A program made the position numbers and the translations under genes. From positions 362,961-426,960 of IMG/VR virus record IMGVR_UViG_3300028920_000001: a stretch of DNA of 64,000 nucleotides. One strand, 5' to 3'. Below are positions 47,601 through 58,900 of the stretch, in pieces. Position 1 is the first letter of the stretch. The number at the start of each line of letters is the position of its first letter. The notes beneath the pieces are model-generated. The model was not told the origin of the DNA. It was given only the letters and a program-made list of their open reading frames with translations, and did not search any database.

Positions 47601-48093
47601 CAGAGATCAACTTCCATCTGATTATGTAGCACTTCCCACATTAAGTCAGTTCTCAAATGCAGTTTTTATTTTAACCCAATCATTTCCATTTGATACTACT
47701 GATGGTGGTGGTCCTGATACACTTCATCACGGCGTGTTCATGGATGAGCTCATCATGGATATGGCTGATTCTTTAGGTAATGTGGGATTTGGTCTTCATA
47801 AGGCATGGATTATTGGTAAAGATGGTGCTGTAATTGAAGGATACTCTGATGATGCTACTTTAGAACCTGAATTTATTACTAAATCAGCTATTGAAGCTGA
47901 AAGATTGGAAAGAACAGCAAACAAAGTAGTCATTTCTTTGGATGCTGGTGTAGTTCCTGCAGACATTCCTACTAATCATTCTTTTGCTGTTTCTTATGTA
48001 GTGAATGGAGATAGAGGAGTTAAGGATATTGAAACGTCCCAGACTGAATATATCACTCCTGGTTCTCTTACCATCACATATCGACAAGCGTAA
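44614..48093 (+). CDS. Baseplate J-like wedge protein with N-terminal extension
   Basis: LSLIPGSTVREVHIEP…LAQNFGEERQ…VQMVAEDPGAFGNIPA…FGRDKQSN…GTEGGYLRTAL…VDVWV pattern of P2 gpJ / T4 gp6-like proteins. Confidence 0.8.
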   Translation: MATAPQISLPDGSGTTTNLNLTSNSFDFIFTGEVDSNVIDIQININGAGFVSNPSLIELSLPNFTIPNLSASPSGLMLEKGLNTIQLRAIDIAGNVSPVSTIIVRIIPINQFEQIFPAPTAIRMERYAEHIILSWNSLQNPEEDFVFSGINFNPTLIGYNIYASTESGGSGSGYLRVNRETISTDSPTKTTEEELPADIVSIEFEDPTSEANNLHDLVIDTNIVDNITNELVEPTSSNQIQLGIAPKYRMNINIIPIREIKLYEFRHNRDDGVGNGILNSDTFSIISSEDPLYYVVTALYYDKANGQIQESRFSAEMSGAPLPLDTTIRGIRIREQDIVARDYIREVNEAQPTLSLIPGSTVREVHIEPFSNEAQKAYFLMDWIHRSKSFAAMLAIDDPNLTGTSIAVSSSNYKQNLRAALNLSSDAAVQALIDNSFDSLAQNFGEERQNRRPAKVTQTFYTTSPPSKDLIISQNAIVASSINNIAPRFRARASSVFDSDNPQAYYNPISRRYEIKVQMVAEDPGAFGNIPANTLDTIVSGATGFQTVNEEAARFGRDKQSNLGLAEAASRVLSGLDTGTEGGYLRTALGTPEVLEARVVKSGDPDMMRDYDDIRGKHIGGKVDVWVKGITERTVSETFAFQFEVARNVRFDVIDAINLIFRARDSRLSENNPIAEMLYNPSQGFGLRNQSISPTEEYDLTGVSIIDYQTIALSTSIPQPTTLVDDFVEGDYRFRSNNKFISTYQPIRRITSVIGETSGALDTTDGFTLFKTEDPLLYGESTQASDYVEINQIDDIPSGDTVAVSNEQHVMVGQFEEPLNSVGINIFTIAVYNQDRTIQYKGPTDSDPDYLIVGGSQTEPVRLLRSTDTNIENGDTISVDYEKDENFVITYVINDVLQHVQDLYSQMRHTTADVIVKQAIENPLLTEATVQLLANAEQSTTDSDIRTNVTVLTTNKGVGNSVRQSDMVAVIDDSKGVDFVVQPFSVFTLNDNALRIRDQLPSDYVALPTLSQFSNAVFILTQSFPFDTTDGGGPDTLHHGVFMDELIMDMADSLGNVGFGLHKAWIIGKDGAVIEGYSDDATLEPEFITKSAIEAERLERTANKVVISLDAGVVPADIPTNHSFAVSYVVNGDRGVKDIETSQTEYITPGSLTITYRQA

Positions 48094-48908
48094 TGGCTAT
48101 TATCCGAGTTAATTATAATACCTATGAAGATGGTGAAGAATATCGAAATAGACTAATTGATGAAGCTAATTTTCAATTTCAGGTCTTTTTAAGATTGCTA
48201 TCATCCTATTGGCAATCTACTATAGACGGGCCTAATTATACTCGTGAAATTAAAACTATGTGTATTGAGTTGGCTCGAATTAGATTAGCTCTTGAAGATA
48301 TCCAAACTGATACTTATTATAATCAGACTCGAGGCGAATTTATCTATCAAGTTTTAACTACTATTTTATTTCCAAAGAAAAATGCTCCTCGTCCTGGATT
48401 AAGTGATATTGGATTCAGAGCCTTTTTGAATGAAGTAGTGAGAATTTATTTTCAGGGGAGCATACCTGCATCAATTAAGGAGGCTGTTGAGCTCATCACA
48501 AATGGTCAGGTTATAGTAACTGAAAATTTTATAGAGACTAGAAAGCCTGGTTCTAAATTCGATATTTCGGATCAGTTTGGATTTAAGGTTGATGTGTTGA
48601 TGGAGAGTCCGAGTGATTTTGACATATTTTTAGCAGATAAGAATATAAGAGTTCTCCTTAATATCATTCGGCCAGCACATACTCTTTACAGGATTTCTTA
48701 TATTCTAGAAGATGAGTACACAGGTCAACAAGATTCTGATCCAACTGTTAATAAACCATATAAGGTTGTGGATACTTTTAGTTGGATTTTAGAAAATTAT
48801 GGCTATGAAGATTTTCGACGGTTTTTTGGCGGGATAAAAGGAATAGACTTACTTGGAATGAAGCAATCTGTGGCTGTTGTGGGCGAGGATCATAGTGGTG
48901 ACTTTTAG
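48093..48908 (+). CDS. Baseplate wedge protein (P2 gpI-like)
   Basis: [19 protein letters not shown]…[12 protein letters not shown] motif; follows the J-like gene. Confidence 0.7.
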   Translation: MAIIRVNYNTYEDGEEYRNRLIDEANFQFQVFLRLLSSYWQSTIDGPNYTREIKTMCIELARIRLALEDIQTDTYYNQTRGEFIYQVLTTILFPKKNAPRPGLSDIGFRAFLNEVVRIYFQGSIPASIKEAVELITNGQVIVTENFIETRKPGSKFDISDQFGFKVDVLMESPSDFDIFLADKNIRVLLNIIRPAHTLYRISYILEDEYTGQQDSDPTVNKPYKVVDTFSWILENYGYEDFRRFFGGIKGIDLLGMKQSVAVVGEDHSGDF

Positions 48909-48910
48909 CC

Positions 48911-50461
48911 ATGACTGAGCAATTTATAAATGCAGCGCAGACTACTATTGATCAAGCAAGTGGGATCACTGCATTTGATTCTTCTGTTACTGTCAAAGAT
49001 GCTAGTTTATTTCCGACTGTTGCTCAATTTCGTATTCTGATTGATGATGAGTTAATGCTGGTCACTGGGGTGGCCGGTAATATCTTTAATATTACTCGTG
49101 GTATTGAGGGTACCACTCCTGCTGAACATGCCCACGGGACGCCGGTTACTCATGTTTTAACTGCCGGTGGCCTCAGTCAATGGGCGATTGACATTATTGG
49201 TCTTACCGGGCCTCAGGGGGCTACTGGAGCACCTGGTGCACCCGGTCCTCAAGGGGCAACTGGTGTTCAGGGCCCTACAGGTCCCACAGGCCCACAGGGT
49301 CTTCAGGGATATCAGGGTACTACTGGACCCCAGGGTCCACAGGGCGCTACTGGTATTCAGGGAATTCAAGGATCGCCTGGAGTCACGGGTGTTACTGGTC
49401 CTACTGGTCCTTTGGGACCAACGGGGCCCTCAGGAGGCCCGGTAGGCCCCCAAGGTAGTCCAGGTGTTACAGGTGCGACGGGACCTCAAGGAAGCCCGGG
49501 AGCTACCGGTCCTACGGGTTCACAAGGAATTCAGGGATCACCTGGCGTCCAGGGACTCATAGGTCCTCCAGGTCCTCCAGGTCCAGCTGGTTCCCAAGGT
49601 GCTACTGGTGTTCAGGGTCCTACTGGGCCTACCGGACCTGAAGGGCCTACCGGACCACAGGGTATTCAAGGTATTCAGGGTACTCCAGGTGTAACAGGAA
49701 TTCAAGGTGCAATTGGTCCAACTGGGTATACCGGTCCACAGGGAGCTACTGGCCCGACTGGTCCAGAGGGCCCTACTGGTCCTTCTGGTGGTCCTATAGG
49801 TCCAACTGGACCACAGGGAGCTACCGGTCCTACTGGTCCAGAAGGCTCGACTGGTCCTACTGGTCCTGCCGGTCCACAAGGGACAGCTGGCCTTCAAGGA
49901 CCGACTGGTGCTATTGGACCCACGGGTGGATTAGGCACTGGAGCTACGGGTCCACAAGGTTCGCCTGGAGTAACTGGAGCTACTGGTCCTACAGGACCAC
50001 AAGGATCGCCTGGAGTAACTGGACCACAAGGTGTGCAGGGAAGTCCAGGAGTAACTGGAGCTACTGGACCTACTGGACCTGCCGGAGCTCCACAGGGCAG
50101 TCCAGGTGTAACCGGTGCTATCGGTCCGCAGGGTGTAACAGGAGCTACTGGACCTGCCGGTCCGCAAGGGCAACCTTACTTACAAATTAACCAAGATATA
50201 AAGACAGCTAGCTATGTTGCGACATATGGTGAGATGATTCTTTATAATCCTGTAGCAAGCTTTTCAATCATTCTTCCTACTCCTCTTGGATATCTGGGTC
50301 AAGAAATCGGAATGAAGAATGTTACTGATTCAGTGAATAAACTTAGAGTTGCTGCTACGGGGGGAGCTCAAATTGATGGAAGTGCATACGAAGAATTAGC
50401 TTCTGCCCGGACTTCCAGAATCTATAAGAGTATTGGTACTGGTTATATAGTTATTTTGTGA
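48911..50461 (+). CDS. Collagen-like tail fibre protein
   Basis: About 100 Gly-X-Y triplets (GPT/GPQ/GAT-rich) between an N-terminal DDELMLVT…TRGIEGT…H domain and a small C-terminal domain. Confidence 0.85.
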   Translation: MTEQFINAAQTTIDQASGITAFDSSVTVKDASLFPTVAQFRILIDDELMLVTGVAGNIFNITRGIEGTTPAEHAHGTPVTHVLTAGGLSQWAIDIIGLTGPQGATGAPGAPGPQGATGVQGPTGPTGPQGLQGYQGTTGPQGPQGATGIQGIQGSPGVTGVTGPTGPLGPTGPSGGPVGPQGSPGVTGATGPQGSPGATGPTGSQGIQGSPGVQGLIGPPGPPGPAGSQGATGVQGPTGPTGPEGPTGPQGIQGIQGTPGVTGIQGAIGPTGYTGPQGATGPTGPEGPTGPSGGPIGPTGPQGATGPTGPEGSTGPTGPAGPQGTAGLQGPTGAIGPTGGLGTGATGPQGSPGVTGATGPTGPQGSPGVTGPQGVQGSPGVTGATGPTGPAGAPQGSPGVTGAIGPQGVTGATGPAGPQGQPYLQINQDIKTASYVATYGEMILYNPVASFSIILPTPLGYLGQEIGMKNVTDSVNKLRVAATGGAQIDGSAYEELASARTSRIYKSIGTGYIVIL

Positions 50462-50491
50462 TCATTTGCTTTTATTTACCCGTAACGATCG

Positions 50492-52924
50492 ATGGCATTT
50501 ACAGGCCGACTCGGAACTCCAAGTAGTAAACTTGGAAATATTGTACTTGGTATCTCCGATGAACTCGGAGCTTCGATTTTTAACTGTCAAGTGCATGTTT
50601 TAACTTCTAGTCAGATTCGTGTTAGTTATACTTTTGAAGTTACCAATACTGGTCTTGATCCTGATAACTATGTACTTACAGCACTAGCTGATCCTCCTAC
50701 TGAAGCGGTTCTTCCCATAATTGAATCTATTCATTGGTATGATTCAACTCATCGGTCGGTTATTCTACAATTATCCCAGCCTTTAACTTATAACTATGGT
50801 TATTCTCTTGAATCTAATGGGGTTTATGCTAAGATTGATCATGAAGTTATTTCTGGATTCGTACGCAATTTTATAGCTAATGTTCAGGATCCTCCTCGAG
50901 CCATCGGAGCCTGGTTATCTAAACGAGGTAGAATAGATGTTAAATTTGATCGATCAGTAGGACCCACTTCTGGCTCAGCGCAATTTGAAATTGATGGAGT
51001 ACCTTTAGTTCAGGATACGTGGGCGACTGAGAATCTGCCTGAGGACACGCTGAGGCTTGACTATACAGGTACGCTTCCCGTTTCATTTACAGAATTGACT
51101 CTTGATTATATTGATGTAAGGGATGAGTCTCTTAATTATGGAACTGGCTCAATTCCGATTACATTAGCTCTTCGATCTGTATCTCCTTATGCTGAAGCTG
51201 ATGCATTACAATTGCAGTTTATTGATGCCTTTGTTATTGATATCAATTCTGATTTAATCGACACAACTACAGTTCGAGTTTTCTTTAATGGTCCTGTTTT
51301 GGATGCTGATGATACATCGAAGTGGACTATTACTCAAGATGGAGCTCATATTTGGCCAGATAGTGTTAATGATATTACAACAGCCGATGCAACAAATTTA
51401 GGTACTTTAACCGGACTTTGTGACGCCATAAGAGTCAGATTCAATGGTCATCTGACTGAATCACAAGTTCATGTTGAAAATGATGTAGAAAATAGTCTTT
51501 CTGGGTCACCTATTAGCTTAGGCCAGTGTATTGCTTTTTTGCTTATTGCTCAAACTAATTATTTAGCGCATGTAACTACTGATAGTTATCATAAATATCG
51601 TGATTCTGTTAATGTGTTTGATGCTTTGCCTATCTATGATTTACCTACTGCAATCACTGCGGCTAATACGATCAAGGCATATTATAATAGTCACATTTCA
51701 GCTACTTATCCAGTTAATTTTTCTACTTCTTACCCGACTCCAATTGATGCAATAACTGCATATGCTAGATATGGTATATCTGATCGAGTGTTTGATGTTT
51801 TAGATGCGTATACTTATTTTGCAGATTTACATCTAAATACTAAGTCATTTGATGCTCCACTTAATATTGAAGCTACGCTTACTAGTGAAGATAGTGCTAG
51901 TACTACTAATCCAGTTAATTATACTGGCAGTATTCAGGCTAGACCTTTATCTACTACAGCTCAACTAATTACTGATAGAGTTTTTCCTGATTCTCAGATC
52001 AGTCTAAGATTCGATAAAGGAATCGTAATTCAGCCTTTAGATATGGTTAAAGTATCTGGACCTGATGGGTCAGAAATTCCAAACAATTATGAAGTTTTTG
52101 CTACTTGGCCAACTGCATTATGGGCTTTGAATAATTTGATTTTCGCTTATAGTATTCATATTGATCCTTCAAATGGAGCAGGTCACTTGTCTCAAGATAC
52201 GATAAATACTATTTCATCTTTAGATTATGCTGAATTACCTATATCAAATATTATTGACTTAGCCAATTCATTTCGAGTAAAAATGACTAATCATATTACT
52301 AGTATTGTTTTTCATTATCAACTGGATGAAGACATTGTAATTACATCTCCTGCTTCTGATCTTAAATCCTTGATCAAATTGATTGGTGATCTTCAGCGTG
52401 TTTTAATTATTCACAATTCTAAACTTGGTGTCCATTCTTTTGCAGGTCGTAGAGCAATTTCTGCTCCTTTGTACGATTTTTTGGAATGCAATCTAGATTA
52501 CATGGTTGATGGAGAAACTCATCAAATTGAAGGAACTATTCAACACTATTATACAGATAATGATACTTTGATAGATCCAAATAAAATCACTTCATATTTA
52601 AATCCTATAATATTAGCACATGAATTTGATGGATTAGCTATTTTACCCTCGTTATCTTCTGCGATACCTAAAAATGGATTAGTTATTGATGAAGGAGGGG
52701 TTCAGTTTGAATCTGATGAAGTTGAAATTTATTTTTCTAAGCCTATGCGACAAATACCGTTGGATATTTCTAATTTGACTATTAGTGGAGGAAGCATACT
52801 GCAAAAGGAAGCTAGTTGGACTAATGATAGCGTGGTTTCGATACGGGTATCTAATATGGAATCTGTATCTTATACAGTTACGGCCACCGGTTTGACCGAT
52901 ATGGCTGGGAATCCGGTATACTGA
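50492..52924 (+). CDS. Virion structural protein with Ig-like segments and two His-repeat triplets
   Basis: 810 aa; repeated Ig-like starts (IRVSYTFEV, IDVKFDRSV, ISLRFDKGI, VEIYFSKPM); His repeats at about 51340-51700 and 52120-52440. Confidence 0.65.
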   Translation: MAFTGRLGTPSSKLGNIVLGISDELGASIFNCQVHVLTSSQIRVSYTFEVTNTGLDPDNYVLTALADPPTEAVLPIIESIHWYDSTHRSVILQLSQPLTYNYGYSLESNGVYAKIDHEVISGFVRNFIANVQDPPRAIGAWLSKRGRIDVKFDRSVGPTSGSAQFEIDGVPLVQDTWATENLPEDTLRLDYTGTLPVSFTELTLDYIDVRDESLNYGTGSIPITLALRSVSPYAEADALQLQFIDAFVIDINSDLIDTTTVRVFFNGPVLDADDTSKWTITQDGAHIWPDSVNDITTADATNLGTLTGLCDAIRVRFNGHLTESQVHVENDVENSLSGSPISLGQCIAFLLIAQTNYLAHVTTDSYHKYRDSVNVFDALPIYDLPTAITAANTIKAYYNSHISATYPVNFSTSYPTPIDAITAYARYGISDRVFDVLDAYTYFADLHLNTKSFDAPLNIEATLTSEDSASTTNPVNYTGSIQARPLSTTAQLITDRVFPDSQISLRFDKGIVIQPLDMVKVSGPDGSEIPNNYEVFATWPTALWALNNLIFAYSIHIDPSNGAGHLSQDTINTISSLDYAELPISNIIDLANSFRVKMTNHITSIVFHYQLDEDIVITSPASDLKSLIKLIGDLQRVLIIHNSKLGVHSFAGRRAISAPLYDFLECNLDYMVDGETHQIEGTIQHYYTDNDTLIDPNKITSYLNPIILAHEFDGLAILPSLSSAIPKNGLVIDEGGVQFESDEVEIYFSKPMRQIPLDISNLTISGGSILQKEASWTNDSVVSIRVSNMESVSYTVTATGLTDMAGNPVY

Positions 52925-52930
52925 GGAGGT
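52923..52930 (+). promoter_or_regulatory. Shine-Dalgarno site
   Basis: GAGGAGGT just upstream of ATG at 52934. Confidence 0.7.
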
Positions 52931-52933
52931 CTC

Positions 52934-55900
52934 ATGGTTACTTTCATGGGCCTGAATTCAGTTATTGATCGGACATTATTTACCAAGCACGGTCCGATTG
53001 TTAAGAAACCTTTGAGTTTGTTAATGGGTACGGATCTCCAGATTTTATCTAGAAATGAAGTTCGGATTCCCACCGGTAATTTTAATTCTTCTGCTGTCAA
53101 TAAATTAATTGAAATTACTGGTAGTGCTGGTTTAAGAAACGATGGTGCATTTTATATTGCAGAAGTAATAAGTTCTACTCGTTTAAGACTGAGAGATACT
53201 GATTTTGATACAGTAGATACTATTGCGACTGAAGCAGATATAGTTGCTTTAGTAAATGATATTAGAATTAATTATGAAAATCACCGAACTCAAGTAACCG
53301 TAGTAAATAGTGTAATAGAAGGAATTCATGGTACTAATGATACTACTAACATAATTACTGCTCCTGTTGCAACAGATTTAACTTCTGCTATTACACTCAT
53401 TAACGATATTAAAGTGCAATTTTCTGCCCATATCATTATGATTAGTGGTACTCCACCAGTTCATAATGATGTAGATACTGAAAATGAAATCTTCTCAACT
53501 GATGCGGTTGATTTAGGTAGTGCAATTCGACTAGCTAATGAAATTCGTAGAAAGTACGAAGATCATCGACAAAATAAATTTATTCATCAGAATTCTGATT
53601 TGATTAATACTATTTCTCAATCTAATATTATTCCAACTATTGGAACCTATCCTAGTCCTTTAACCGGTCCCTTTACTTGGTTATATAAAGATCCTTTACT
53701 CGGAAAAGTAGCAAATACTCCTTATGATGTGGACGTGCTTGTTAATGGTTCACCAGCCATTGTAGATGCAGTATTTGGTTCACTTGGAGCAATAGTTTTA
53801 CAAAATAAGCCAGCTGGATCTGATACTGTTAATGTTGATTACAACTATCTTTGTAATCCTCCTTCTAGGTATTTAAGAACTAATTATCCAGGTTATGTTA
53901 CTAATCAAGCTCAAAATCGAGGGTTTTCAGGCTTACCGGAACATCGGTATCGTGCTCGTTCTCATCTAATTGATCCGCGAATTGTGGATTTAGATAGAGA
54001 TCCAGAGTTTATTGCAGATATCCAGCCATTTCGAATTGGGTGGAAGTATAAAGGGTATGAAAGACGATATTCTGCGGTTACAAACGATCCTACTACATTA
54101 CTAACTAACGTTCCTACTAATCGAACTGCATTTCCTGTTCTATTTAAACAGGTATCAGAAGTTACAATTTCTTATGATCCAGTTACTTTGCCTCAAAATG
54201 CAGTTGATCCATGGACTTTACACGGAGAGGGAGTTTTTTCATTAGCTCCTGGTGGGAATATACTAACCATTGCAGATGAAAATGAACAAGCTGGTACTGA
54301 TAGTAAGCCTCCATTCTTTTCTCATGAAGTTGATATAAAATCAGATAGTATTATAAATGCTGCTTTTAGGGCTAGGGTAATTGATGATGATAGCCTAGTT
54401 CTAGACAGGGTTTTTTCTGGTGTTGCTTTCGGTGTTTCTGATGGCCTTAAAACCATTTTAGTAGGATTCTTAATTACTGACGCTAGTAATTTATCCTCTT
54501 CAATTGCATTAGCTAATGACATTAAAGCTAAATATGAAAATCATAGGATAGATGCTCGAGCCCATAATCCAATTGACGAAATAAATGCAATCGGGGTGGT
54601 AGATGCTACCGATTTAACTTCATTGATTATTTTAATTAATGAGATTAAGAGTGAATTCAATAGTCATATTGCATTAGGAAGTGGGGTTGGCAGTGTTCAT
54701 CAGTTGTTAGATTCTGTTAATGTTGTTACTTCTTCTAATGCAGTTGATTTAAATACCGCTATTACTTTAGTTAATGAACTTCGTGATAAGTTCAATTCTC
54801 ATAGAGAAGAAATTAATGTTCATTTTGAAAATGACATACTAAATGAAGTAAAACAAGTTAAACAAGTAGGCATACTAACTAACGATGGTTTCCCTGAGAA
54901 TATAAATTCTTGGGTTTCATATGCAGTTGATTGGACTGAATTTGTTTCTTATAGAATTTTTCGAGATGTCGACGGGAATGTAGAACTCTACTTAAGTGGA
55001 TCAATTGATCCAATCATATCTGTAGATGCAGTTGATTTACAGTCACTGTCTAATATTGATGCTAGTTTTGCTAAAATTCAACAAACATTTTTTGGTTCTA
55101 TCGGGCGAGAATCTACTAGCGTCAGTCAATGGCAATTTATTCGTGTAAATATTGTTCCCACGTTGGCTGTTTTAAGTGAAGATAACAAATCAGTAAATTA
55201 CGACGCGACAGTATTACCTGAATTAGATACTACGGCTCCTTGGATTACGGTTGGGCAAGGAGGTAGTGATCGAATTATATCAGGGCCACAATTAAATGTA
55301 GACTCAGTTGCTTCAGCTTCAGATGGAGATGTCCAAGAATTGGGCCAAGCTTCCGGGGCTTATATTGGATATATCAGGCTTGAACCTATTCTATCTAGGG
55401 ACACTACAGTTAGTATCGAATTTCAAACTGAGATAGATTATTATACATTCGGGATAAATAATAAGGCTTGTGGTGTATATCTGGAAGATGGCAATCTTTC
55501 AGTTCAATTGGCTTTTTTACAATTTGATCCTATTCCTGCTACAATAACAGGTGTTATTTCTGAACCGTTTTCAATTATAGCTGGTGATAATATCGTTCTT
55601 CAACTTGGTGATACAGCACGACAAGAAATCATTTTCACATCATTTTTGAATACTGCAGCTGGAATTGCTTCATTTATTAATACCGTTCTTGGTTTTACCT
55701 TTGCTTCTGTAGTAGGAGGAAAAATACAATTTACTTCTGCAGAGGTAGGCTCGGATTCAAGTATTAACTTAATCAGTGGTAATGCTTTACTCAAATTAGG
55801 ATTTAGTGCTGGCTTGTATTCTGGTGCTGATTCTAATCCTGAACCTCGAGTATCTTGGTTTGGTGCTGATTTTCCAAACCAAGATAATCCAGTTTGGCAA

Positions 55901-58900
55901 GCTAGTGGATATCAGAGTGCTTCCATGTTTGGAAGGACTATGAGGATTACTGATACGTCAATCACTGATTATCTAGCTTATATTCAAAGTAACGATTTGA
56001 TTACTGGTGATGTTTTAGATCCTAATTCTGATTGGAAATTAGATTTTCGTCTTAATGTTTTGTCATTTTCAGCAGGAAATGTAGTTCCGGCTTCAGGTCC
56101 ATATCTTAATTTATATCCAGCCGGTGCTTTAGTCTCTATTGACGAGGGTTTGTCTGGAAAGAATATTGAAATCCATTTAGCTGTTGATGTTTCTGGTAAT
56201 TCATTCCTAAATTTGTTATCTTATGATATTTCAACTACTAGTCTTGATGTTATTTCTCAATATGCATTTAATTGGAATGATGGAAATCCACATTCATTCA
56301 ATGTTTATACTTCGAAGAATGCTGATCAGATATTAGTTTACGCTGATAGTGTAGCTCTATCTCCTTATGTTGGACCATCTCCTACTTATTCTAGTTTGAA
56401 TCCTGGATTTGCAGGTCCTTCAATCTCATTCGGTTCTGGAAGTGAACCTGTCACTGGAGTAGACTTAAAGACTTCCCGATCAGTGGTCGATTGGGAATCT
56501 GTTGCAATTTTTAGAGATAGTAAGATTAACAATCCTGATGCTCCAAATAATAGATATGTCGGAATTTATAGGGGTGGGGATGCTAGTCTGCTGAGTTCAT
56601 ATTATCTATATCAGATAGATTGGTCAGTTCCACATATTTATCGATTAGTCCGAGATCCAATTACATCTGTCGATTTATTTATTGATGGAAGTTCCATTCC
56701 ATCCATTTCTACTCCATATGATATTTTATCCCTACCGCCATTTGATTCTACATTTTTTAGACAAATTTCAAGTAACAATTCTATTGTTGGATTTGGTGCA
56801 TTTAATCCTCAAGAAATTTCTAGGTCAAGATGGTCTTTTGTCAGATATTCGATTGGAAAATTGACTTTAACTGATAGATTAATTCCACCACATCATCTTA
56901 CTAATCAAGCTAATGTAATTGCTTCTCCTGATCATGTTTATACTCAAAAATATCATAGTCATTACGGATTCAAAGTATACTCTGGTGGGACTCCTCTTGA
57001 TGATTTTATGGCAGATGAGGAAGTCGCATCTTTTACTGAATTAGGTGAGAATACTCCTCCAGTTCCGATGACTCAGGATTTGGAGTCTCGAGGAGGATTA
57101 GTTAAAACAGCAACTTCAGTCGGAAGTATTCCATCGGTAGATTTTGTTAATACTGACGGTTTTATTTCTCATCTTGAAAATGATACTTACAATACTGTTA
57201 CATCATTATCTTCGTTAGAAATTCTGGTAAACTTGGTAAATGATATTAAAATTCAATATGAAGCTCATCGAGCTACAGAATCTCCTTTTCATTTCGTTGC
57301 AGATGCAGTTAACATTGTCACTGCTGCTGATGCTACTGATCTAGCTACGGCTATTACACTGCTTGTTGATTTAAGAGCTGTAGTTAATGCTCATCGAATT
57401 GAAGGTGGAGTTCATATTGCAAATGACTTAGTAAATGTAATTACAGCTTCAACTCCTATTGATCTTGAAAGTGCTGTAATTTTAGCTAATGACATTAAAA
57501 CTCAATATGAGGCTCATCGTGATCTCGCAACTTCCCACTATCCTAGTGTAGATGAAATTAATATTGTTACAGCTCCTTCATGTGATGCATTGACTGATGC
57601 TTTAACCTTAGCTAATGAATTGAGAGAAAAATATTTACTACATGTTGTACATAGAAGCGTTCATTTAGCCAATGACACTGTAAATGTGGTATTGCCTGCA
57701 GCTGCTACCGATCAAATCACAGCTGAGGAATTGGCTAATGCATTCAAGGGAGAATTTAATGATCATCGAATTGAGGTTATAGATACTCAAAAAGTTCATA
57801 CTATGGATGATACGGTTAATATCATAACTGCCACAGATGCTGGTGATTGTAGTACACTAGCATTATTACTACATGATGCAAAATTAAACTATAATGCTCA
57901 TTTAATTGAGCCTGGTGTACACGGAGCTACTGTTTTTATCAGGATTGATCCGCCTTCTCGAGTTTTGTATGAAGGGATGAAATTCTGGGAATTTTCGAAT
58001 GAAGGGGAAGAAGCCATAGTTTCATCATTTACTGATGATAGTTGTCTCCTACCGGAAGGGATTGAACAATTTTATACTGAGTATCATAGTTTATTTTATG
58101 ATGGAGAAGTTCTTCCCGAAGATGCGGATGAGCAAGCTGTTTGGTTGTTAGCTAATGATTTAAAGGCTCAGATTAATGCTCACTATTCACAAATTGGAGT
58201 TCATCCTATTGATGATATTTGGAATCCTATTACTTCTCCTGATGCTACTGATTTAGCATCAGCCATAATTTTGCTTAATGAAATGCAAGGGGATTACAAT
58301 GCTCATTTAATTCAGATCGGGGTTCATGTAGTAAATGATACTGAAAATACCTCAATCAGTCCACCTGCTGCTGATATTGGAACAGCTTTAGCTTTAGTCA
58401 ATGAGCTTAAATATAGATACGAGTTGCATCGAATTAGTACTGTCTATCATTTAATTTCAGATATTATCAATATTGTAACTGTAGAAAATGCTCCTCCAGT
58501 GGCAGATTTGGGATGGCAATTACTGGCCGATAATCCAAGTTTTGTCAGCACTAATATTGCATCTGGAGCATTAAGATATGGAACTACCGGACTAACTAAA
58601 ACAGCTTATATTAAGGAAACCGGTCTTCCAAGTCATCCATCTTTGGATTTTGAAATTACAGTTCGAATGAGATTAAATTTATTTGCTTGTGGGTCGAATA
58701 TTGATACTGGGATTTATTTTGGATTTGTGAGTCCAATTGGTCCTGGAATAGCAGCCGGTCTCGGGTTCGATAGTGTGAGCAGTATTCCGTACGTCAAAAT
58801 TCAAGATGTTAATTCCAATACCCCGCTTTATCGAGTGCCATTTGAATGGCATGATGGTCAATTCCATACTTACAAACTAATTAAGAATACTCTGACCGAT

